From an uncultured delta proteobacterium (GTDB lineage Bacteria > Myxococcota > Myxococcia > Myxococcales > Myxococcaceae), in NCBI GenBank assembly GCA_963771175.1, contig CAVYSY010000040.1, positions 1 to 64,000 of the forward strand: a stretch of 64,000 nucleotides of DNA, written 5' to 3'. The notes beneath the pieces are model-generated. The model was not told where the DNA came from. It did no database searches and saw only the letters and a list, made by a program, of their open reading frames with translations. This document shows, piece after piece, positions 56,450 through 64,000 of the stretch (its first letter is position 1; every line of letters begins with the position of its first letter). A program made the position numbers and the translations under genes.

Positions 56450-56565
56450 CGGTGGCAGTGGCGAGGGTGGGGGGATTGATGCGAATCTTCGTCCGCTGGC
56501 GTCGGAATCCGGCGCCGGTGGACGTGACGCGGGACCCCGGTGGGGGGAACCGCTCGGAGGCAGTC

Positions 56566-56850
56566 ATGCGGAAGCTCCTGATGCTGTGCGCGGTACTCAC
56601 TGTCAGCCCGGCCCTGGCCCAGGATGAGGGCGACAGCGGCAGCGGCGGCACCACCCAGTCCGGCGGCGGTGGCAAGGCCCAGAAGGGCGGCCCGCAGACC
56701 ATCGACTTCGAGGACGACACCATCGAGGGCGACCTCACGAAGCCGGACGGCGAGTACGTCGAGGCGCGCAAGAAGGTGCAGCACTCCAACCTCATCCGTA
56801 TCCGCGAGGACTTCGAGGACAAGGTGATGCAGTCGGTGGGCGAGTTGTGA
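56566..56850 (+). CDS. gltF: Gliding motility protein GltF/CglF
   Basis: Signal peptide, then IDFEDDTIEGDLTKPDG...SNLIRIREDF. Confidence 0.88.
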   Translation: MRKLLMLCAVLTVSPALAQDEGDSGSGGTTQSGGGGKAQKGGPQTIDFEDDTIEGDLTKPDGEYVEARKKVQHSNLIRIREDFEDKVMQSVGEL

Positions 56851-56918
56851 AAATCGTCGGGAACCCTCCGCTGCACGTGTTGTCTTAGAGATCGCCGCAA
56901 CCCAACTGGGGAATTTCC

Positions 56919-58876
56919 ATGCCCGTCCCTCTGACACTCAAGGTCTTCAAGGGCGACACGCTCGTCACCTCGAAGGACTTCGAGCGCGACATCATCAAGA
57001 TTGGCCGTCTCGCCTCGGCGCACCTGTGCCTGGAGGACGAGAAGGTCAGCCGCATCCACTCCGTCATCGAGGTGGCCGCCGACGGCAGCCTGTCCATCAT
57101 CGACATGGGCAGCGTCGAGGGCACCTACGTCAACGGCAAGCGGGTCAACAAGGGCCAGCTCTCCTTCGGTGACGAGATCAAGGTGGGTGGCACCTCCATC
57201 CGCCTGGAGAATCCCGCCGCCGTCGCCGCGGTGAACCTCGCCTCGGCCGCCACGAGCGCCGCGCCCGCTCCGGCTCCGGTCTCCCCGGCGCCCGAGGTCA
57301 CGCTGGCCGCGGGCCTGTCGCAGGCCGCCGTGTCTCCGGCCCCGGCCGCCGCCGTGACGCCCGCTCCCGTGGCGGTGGTGCAGCAGCCGGTGGCGGCCGC
57401 CCCGTCGCGGCTCCCGCTCCCGTGCAGGCGGCTCCCCGGCAGGTGGCGGCTCCCGTGGCGCCCGTCGCGGAGACCCCGGAGGCCGAGCCCGCTCCGCGCG
57501 TGCGCCGCGTGGCGCGCAAGGGCGGCGGTCCGCTCGGCGCGGGTCTGCACTTCATGTGGGGCGACCAGCGCGTGGGCGAGTTCTTCCTCGCGCCGGGCAA
57601 GAAGCACGCCTTCACCGTGGGCACGGCCAAGGGCGTCAACTTCATCATGGGCGACGCCCGGCTGGGCGGCGAGAGCTTCGAGGTGGTGCGCTCGGACGGC
57701 CAGTCCTTCTCCGTGCGCTTCACGGGCAAGATGAAGGGCGAGCTCATCCGCAAGGGTGAGAGCATGGACCTCAAGGCCGTCATCGAGTCCGGCAAGGCCA
57801 GCCACGAGGGCGAGGCCTATGCCCTCACCCTGAAGGACGATGACTTCCTCTCGGTGGACCTGGGCGGCGTGACGCTGGAGGTCGTCCTCGAGTCGGTCCC
57901 CAAGCGCGCCGTCGCGCCGCTCGGGGAGTCGGTGGACTTCTCCGTCGTCAACATCTTCCTGGTGATGTTCTTCCTCGCGTCGATGTTCGTCATCAGCGCG
58001 GCCAACCATGCCGCGGCGGGTGAGGAGTACGCGGACGAGCTGGCGGGCAGCAACGCGCGCATCGCCAAGCTCATCGTCAAGCCGCCCGAGACGCAGAAGA
58101 ACAAGTTCCTCGAGAAGCTCAACCAGCAGAAGGCGGAGAAGCAGGCCGAGAAGGCCGCCAAGGCGAAGAAGGAAGAGGGCAAGATGGGCCAGAAGGAGGC
58201 CCCCAAGCAGAACGCCCAGACCACCAACCAGGGCAAGCCCGACAAGAAGGCGGCGGCCAAGAACATGGCGGCCAAGATCTTCGGCGGGAAGGGCGGCGCC
58301 GCGAGCCTCTTCGGCGGTGGCGGCATCGGCGGTGACCTCAAGAGCGCCATGGGCAACATGTTCGGTGCCAAGGGTGGTGCCGCCGCGGGCCTCGGTGGCC
58401 TCGGCCTCAAGGGTGGTGGTGGTGGTGGCGGTGGTGGCGGTTCGACCGTCGGCATCGGCAGCGTCGGCACCAAGGGTCGTGGCGGCGGTATGGGGGGTTA
58501 CGGCACCGGCGTGGGCGGGCTGGGCGGCAAGCAGAGCGTGGAGGTGGGCATCGCGGCCGACGAGGCCACGGTGAGCGGCTCGCTCGACAAGGAGCTCATC
58601 CGCCAGGTCATCCAGCGCAACCGCGGGCAGATCCGCTACTGCTACGAGAGCCTGCTCAACCGCTTCCCGAAGCTGGGCGGTAAGGTGGCCATCCGCTTCA
58701 CCATCGCCTCCGAGGGCAACGTGGTCACTTCCTCGGTGGCCCAGTCCACCGCGGGCAACTCGGAGCTGGAGCAGTGCGTGGCCGGCCGCGTGCGCACCTG
58801 GGCCTTCCCCAAGCCCAAGGGCGGTGGCTCGGTGGTCGTCACCTATCCGTTCATCTTCAAGGCGGCAGGCGAGTAG
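56919..58876 (+). CDS. gltG: Gliding motility protein GltG/PglI (FHA, TM, TonB-C-like; indel near 57410)
   Basis: FHA (GRL, VSRIH, GT.VNG), a TM segment, a Gly-rich linker, and IRYCYE...W.FPKPKGG..VVTYPF. Confidence 0.9.
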
Positions 58877-58902
58877 TCGCTTCCGCTGAGTGAAAACATT
58901 CA

Positions 58903-58945
58903 GGTGGGCGGTTCCGTCTCGACGGGGCCGCCCATCTTGCTTTTT
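58903..58945 (+). terminator. Terminator after gltG
   Basis: GGTGGGCGGTTCCGTC TC GACGGGGCCGCCCATC followed by TTGCTTTTT. Confidence 0.7.
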
Positions 58946-58988
58946 GACGCTGGCGTCTCCGCGCTGCTGGGCTAACGTCCGCCCTCGC

Positions 58989-59603
58989 ATGAAAGCCCTC
59001 AGCCCCTTCGTCGTTTGTGCCGCCCTGGCAATTCCCGCGCTCGCGAACGCGCAGGCTGCCGGGGACAGGCCGGCCGAAACCTTTGAGGAGATCGAGCGCG
59101 GGCTCTACTTCTCGGTGCTCGGTGGTCCCTATTTCGTCGTCAACCCTCCCGCCTCCGAGGGCCCTCGACCCTTCTCCCCCGGGCAGATGGCCCAGGTGGA
59201 GGTGGGCGTGGACATCGGCGAGCGCCTGTCGGTGGGCGCGTTCGTGATGGGCGCCTCCAATCGAGCAGGCTCGGAGTACGTGGGCGAGTCGGGCGGCACG
59301 GCCTCCGGCGACTTCTCCATGCTGGTGCCCGGAGCCCTGGCTCGCGTGCACCTGGTGGGGTTCGCCGATGCCCAGGACGTCCAGCGCACGTGGCTCTACC
59401 TCCGCGGCGGCGTCGGTTATGCCCTGTTCAGGCCGAAGCAGCTCCTGCCAGACTCCGACATTCTGGTATTCGCCGGACCGGGACTGGAGTACTACACACG
59501 GCTTCGTCACTTCTCGGTAGGTGTCGAGGTGACGGGGACCTTCCTCGTCAGGTCTCAATCATTCGGGTTCGCGGTGACGCCGAACCTTCGCTACGCGTTT
59601 TAG
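58989..59603 (+). CDS. gltH: Outer-membrane beta-barrel GltH/CglE
   Basis: Signal peptide, FEEIERG, amphipathic strands, terminal LRYAF; synteny. Confidence 0.85.
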   Translation: MKALSPFVVCAALAIPALANAQAAGDRPAETFEEIERGLYFSVLGGPYFVVNPPASEGPRPFSPGQMAQVEVGVDIGERLSVGAFVMGASNRAGSEYVGESGGTASGDFSMLVPGALARVHLVGFADAQDVQRTWLYLRGGVGYALFRPKQLLPDSDILVFAGPGLEYYTRLRHFSVGVEVTGTFLVRSQSFGFAVTPNLRYAF

Positions 59604-59615
59604 CGGGAGAATCAC

Positions 59616-61526
59616 GTGCCTCAGGAGAATGGAAGCGGTGGGCCGCGCGGTGGTGGGCGGGGTCGGGACGGCGGTGCTCCCGGCCAGGGTCCGCGCCGTG
59701 ACGGTCCAGGTGGTGGTTTTGGTGGTCGCGATGGCGGTCGCGGTGGTCGGGGCGATGGCCCTGGCGGACGCGGCGGCCGGGGTCGCGATCGGGATCAGGG
59801 CCCCGTCGGTCCGGGCCAGCGAGTCATCGCCGAGCTGAGCACCCTGGAGAAGGCGCTCGGCAAGAGCGACTTCGCGGCCCAGAAGGCGCCGCTCGAGACG
59901 ATCGTCCGCTCGCTGCGGTCCATGCGGGTGAAGTCGATCGACGACCTGGAGCTCAACGTCAAGGGTCGGCTCATCACCACGCTGCTGCGCGTGCAGCGCC
60001 AGACGAAGCCATCCATGCCGGAGGCCGGTGCGGAGGCCCCTGCCGAGACGCCCGCGGCCACCGAGGCACCCGAGGCCACCGAGGCGGCGCCGTCCGCCGA
60101 GGGTGCGGCCCCTCAGGAGCAGGCCGAGGGTGCACCCGCCGAGGGTGCCGCTCCGGCCGCCCCCGCGGCGGATCCGGCGAAGGAGAAGTTCAACGCCTAC
60201 GTGGACGTCATGTACCTGGTGGGTCGCGCCTGGCGCGCCGCCGGGGATCAGGAGCGTGCCGCGGCGGCCTTCGCGCTGAGCGGGCGTGAGCCGCAGCCGG
60301 AGCGCGAGGAGCCCGCCGCCAAGCCCGCCGGGGAGCGTCGCGAGGGCCGCGAGGGTGAGCGTCGCGAGCGCCGTGAGCGTGGCCCCGAGGGTGAGCGCCG
60401 CGAGCGCCGTGAGGGTCGCGAGGGCGGCCGTGAGGGTGAGCGTCGCGAGCGCCGTGAGCGTGGCCCCGAGGGTGAGCGTCGGGGCGAGCGCCGTGAGCGG
60501 GGCGAGCGTGAGCGCCAGCCCCTGCCCGAGCTGACGGGCGACTGGAAGGAGCAGTCGAAGCAGCTCGAGGCCATGGGCCGTACCCGGGACGCGGCGCGCA
60601 TGCACGAGCGCAACAACTCCTTCGCCGATGCCGCCCGGCTCTTCGAGGCCGGTGGGGACCTGCGGAGCGCGCTGCGTGCCGCTCTGGCGGGCAAGGACAA
60701 CGACACCGCCCGCCGCCTCATGGCGACGGTGCCCGCCGATCAGCTCTCCCAGGTGCTCGAGAAGGCGGGCGCCTACGAGCTGCTGATGGAGATCTACATC
60801 GGCAAGGGCGACTTCGAGAACGTCGCCCGGCTCTACGAGCGGGCCCGTCAGTTCGACCAGGCGGCGCTCGCCTACGAGCGTGCCGGGAAGCTGGCGCTGG
60901 CTCGCAAGGCGTATGAGCGCACCCGCGACTTCGCGGCGGCCAACCGCATCCGCGACCTCGAGGTGAAGGCCCTGGTGGAGCGGGGCGACCGACTCGGCGC
61001 CGCCACCCTGCTGGTGAGCGCCGGCCGCCGCGCCGAGGCAGTGGAGGTGCTCGGTTCGCTGCCTCCGCCCAAGGCCTTCCACTTCCTCCAGCGGCTGAAG
61101 CTGGAGGAGGAGGCCAAGGCGCTCGGTCAGAAGGAACTGGCCCGCGCCGAGGCGGAGAACAAGCCGGCCGGCCGCGCCCGGTGGCTGGAGCTGCTCGGAG
61201 AGGCCGCGACCGCCGCGACCCTCTACGAGGAGATCGGCCGCAAGGAGAAGGCCATGGGGCTGTACGAGCAGATCGGCCACCTGCCGAAGGCCGCCGCCCT
61301 CGCCGAGGAGCTGCAGCTGCGTGACCGGGCGATCGCCCTGTACACGAAGCTCGGCGACAACGCGGGCGTGGAGCGCGCCCAGGGCCTGCCCGCCACGCCG
61401 CCGCCCAAGCGTCCCGCGGATGCCGCCGCGGCCGCCGAAGAGGCTGAAGAGACTGGCTCCGAGGGGTCGGCGGGTTCGGAAGTGGACTCGTCCGCTCCTG
61501 CTGCAAACAAGCAAGAAAGCCAATAA
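59616..61526 (+). CDS. AgmV-like protein: RGG-rich N-terminus, E/R/G repeats, alpha-solenoid C-terminus
   Basis: Lies between gltH and gltI; repeated AARLFE.GG and AALAYERAG helical units. Confidence 0.75.
   Translation: MPQENGSGGPRGGGRGRDGGAPGQGPRRDGPGGGFGGRDGGRGGRGDGPGGRGGRGRDRDQGPVGPGQRVIAELSTLEKALGKSDFAAQKAPLETIVRSLRSMRVKSIDDLELNVKGRLITTLLRVQRQTKPSMPEAGAEAPAETPAATEAPEATEAAPSAEGAAPQEQAEGAPAEGAAPAAPAADPAKEKFNAYVDVMYLVGRAWRAAGDQERAAAAFALSGREPQPEREEPAAKPAGERREGREGERRERRERGPEGERRERREGREGGREGERRERRERGPEGERRGERRERGERERQPLPELTGDWKEQSKQLEAMGRTRDAARMHERNNSFADAARLFEAGGDLRSALRAALAGKDNDTARRLMATVPADQLSQVLEKAGAYELLMEIYIGKGDFENVARLYERARQFDQAALAYERAGKLALARKAYERTRDFAAANRIRDLEVKALVERGDRLGAATLLVSAGRRAEAVEVLGSLPPPKAFHFLQRLKLEEEAKALGQKELARAEAENKPAGRARWLELLGEAATAATLYEEIGRKEKAMGLYEQIGHLPKAAALAEELQLRDRAIALYTKLGDNAGVERAQGLPATPPPKRPADAAAAAEEAEETGSEGSAGSEVDSSAPAANKQESQ
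60351..60478 (+). repeat. Intragenic 47-bp direct repeat within GERRERRE low-complexity coding sequence
   Basis: GAGGGTGAGCGTCGCGAGCGCCGTGAGCGTGGCCCCGAGGGTGAGCG at 60351 and 60432. Confidence 0.85.
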
Positions 61527-61625
61527 ATCTCGACAGTTGGCGGGATTTACATGATTGCTGGGGGCGGTGAGCGGGCGATAGAGTGCCGCTCGCCGCCCCT
61601 TTCCTTTTCGTGAGGCCCGCCTTTC

Positions 61626-64000
61626 ATGGATCAGCCGAACCTCCGTCGACCCGCTGAGCGTGTCGCCTCCGACCGGCCTTTCGCCGAGACCGAGGCCGCA
61701 CTCGAAAAGGCAGGCCGTATCGAGGAGCTCATCCGTCTCTATGAGGGACGCGCGCGTGAGACCCCCACCGCCGAGGCGGTGCGTGTGTTGGTTCGCGCGG
61801 GACAGCTCGCCTATGAGCGGCTGCGCAACCCGATCCGCTCCGAGGAGCTCCTGCGGCGCGCGCTGTTGATCGCCGAGGATCCGCGTCCCGTCCTGCGCGG
61901 GCTGAAGATCGTCTACGAGGCGCGCCAGGACATTCCCGCGCTCGTCGACGTGCTGGAGCGGCTCGGCTCGCTGAGCCAGGGCGAGGAGGCCTCGACCTGC
62001 TTCGTGAAGGCGGCGAACTTCCACGAGCAGAAGCTCTTCCGGCGCGACCGCGCGGTGCTGTGCCTGCAGCAGGCCACGCGGGTGAAGCCGGATCGCGCCC
62101 TTTTCAAGCGCACGCGTCAGCTCCTCCTGAGCGAGGAGCGCTTCCAGCCCATCTTCGAGTCGCTGGAGCGCGAGCGGGCCGCGCTGGGCGGCGAGGGCAT
62201 GGTGGAGGAGTACCTCGCCTTCGCCGAGCGGCTGGTGGAGGATCCCACCGAGCACGAGCTCGCCCAGCAGGCGCTGGCCGTCGTGCGGGAGCTGGATCCG
62301 CAGAATGTTCGGGTGGAGAAGGCCACCCAGACGCTGCAGCGCTTCGAGCAGGCGTGGCGCGAGCGCGCGCGCATGCTGCGCGGCATGTCCCTGGAGGAGC
62401 GTGACCGCAAGAGCGCGGCGCGGCTCTCCCTCCTCGTGGCCAAGCTGCACGCCTGGTACGACGCCGGCCGCGACGGACAAGGTGAAGGAGGCGCTGGATC
62501 GCTGCTTCCTGCTGTGGCCCGGCATGCCCGAGGCCCTCAACCTCATCGAGCGCGTGGCCGAGCGCAATGGGGACTTCGCGCCGGCGCAGGCCTGGTTCGA
62601 GGCGCTGGCGGGCGAGGCGCGCGAGCGCAATGCCCAGGTGGACCTGTGGCTGAGGCTGGGCACGCTGCGCCTCACCCGCCTCAACGACGCGGCCGGGGCG
62701 CTCGCCGCCTTCGAGAAGGCCGCCACCGTGGACCCGTCGCGCGCGGACGCGGCGAGCCTCGGCGCGGAGCTGCTGCTGGAGCAGGGTCGCCCGGCCGATG
62801 CCCTCGCCATGCTGGAGCGCTACCTCGGCACGGTGAAGGATCGCGTGACGCAGGTGGCCCTGCGGCTGCGGCTCGCGGATCTCTGCCTGCAGCAGAAGGA
62901 CGGGGACGCGGCGAAGGGCGCACCTCGAGGCCGCGCTGCAAGCTGGATCCGGCCAACGCGCTCGCGGCCTTCCAGCTCGCGCGCCTCCTGGCGGAGGACG
63001 AGAACTTCGAGGCGCTGGAGCCGCTGCTGGACCTGGCGCTGCTCGCCCCGCGCCCGCGCTCCGAGCGCGTGGCCTTCTGCGAGGGGCTCGCGCTCCTCTA
63101 CGAGGAGCGCGGACGACGCGCGGGGCGCCTTCGAGGTGCTCGCGCGCGCCCTCGCGCTGGATCCCACCCGGCCCATGCTGCTGGGTTCCGTGATGGAGCC
63201 GCGAGCAAGGCCCAGGCGGAGCCCGAGCTCGCGCGTGGCGCTGCGGCGCGCCGCGCCGTGGTCGCGCCGCCCGAGGCGGCCCTCGCGCTCTGGCGGCACC
63301 TCGCGCAGCTCCTCCAGGGCACGCTGCGCGGACCCGGCGGGCGCCGAGGCGGCCTGGCAGGAGGTGCTCGCGCGCGCTCCGAGGACAGCGCGGCGCAGGA
63401 GGCCGTGCGGTCGCTCCGGGCCGCCGCCGCGCTCGCGGATGATCCGCAGGACGCGCCTGGAGGCGGAGATCGCCCGGCGCGAGGCCGCCGGCGCCGCTGC
63501 CGGCAGAGCTGGAGCCGATGGTGCGCGAGCTGGTGAAGCTCGCGCCCGAAGACGCGGCTCCCGTGCGGCGCCTGCAGGCGCTGTGCGTGGCGCTGTCCAA
63601 GTTCGAGGAGGCCGCGGCGCTCGCCGGGAAGCTGGCGAAGCTGGCCGAGACGCAGGTGGAGCGCAGCGACTGGGCGGCGCGTCAGGCCCGCTGTACGCCG
63701 AGCGCCTGAACCGTCCGCAGGAGGCGGCGGGCCTCTTCCTCCAGCTGCTCGCGGAGAACGTCGCCACCGGCGTGGTGCTGGGCGGGCTCGAGCGGCTCGC
63801 GGCGGCGGGCGTGCGCACGGCGGAGATCGCCGAGGCGCTCGCCAGCCACTACGGCCGCAGCGGCGATCACCAGCGCCAGGTGTCCGCGATGCTGCAGCAG
63901 CTCGAGGCGCACCCAGGACGCGGCGGTGCGCCAGCGCCTGTTCGGCCAGATCGCCACCATCCACGAGAAGCAGCTCGCCGACAGCCGGGCCGCGCTTCGA
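61626..64000 (+). CDS. gltI: Giant TPR protein GltI/AgmK, 5' part (several indels, runs off the window)
   Basis: TPR-like helical repeats continue across frame shifts to the window end; synteny with the glt cluster. Confidence 0.75.

Noticed and set aside
58405..58442. GGT trinucleotide run as a contingency locus
   Set aside because: It encodes the normal poly-Gly linker of GltG; length changes would stay in frame.
60330..60515. Repeat array considered as a CRISPR or regulatory repeat
   Set aside because: In-frame low-complexity coding repeat with no unique spacers and no cas genes.
59616..61526. DEAD-box helicase suggested by the RGG and ERRE tracts
   Set aside because: No Walker A, DEAD or SAT motifs.

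Overview
High-GC myxobacterial chromosome segment (Cystobacteraceae/Archangium-like; gene order resembles, from memory, the Myxococcus xanthus murA-prfA-smc-groESL-rpoZ-glt region). From left to right: an IS1380-family element running off the left edge; an Ig-like/propeller lipoprotein; a radical SAM protein; tRNA-Gly(CCC); a PPC-repeat lipoprotein; murA-prmC-prfA; an unannotated 34-aa basic peptide; TPR, CNNM and acyltransferase genes; smc; a tRNA 3' remnant followed by an SPFH pair and an M3 peptidase; an FHA-AAA+ enhancer-binding protein lacking GAFTGA; grxC; groES-groEL with two CIRCE elements; rpoZ; a five-gene lipoprotein/ECF sigma/anti-sigma/caspase-beta-barrel/lipoprotein module; a nucleotidyltransferase-metallophosphoesterase pair; a Gld-type ABC system; aspartate kinase; a DnaD-like plus DnaC-like pair; and the gliding-motility cluster gltD-E-F-G-H-agmV-gltI (truncated). 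Many genes, including murA, carry single-base indels, most likely sequencing or assembly errors. The best candidate for an undescribed system is the caspase-barrel/ECF trans-envelope module. All calls come from reading motifs by eye; no searches were run.
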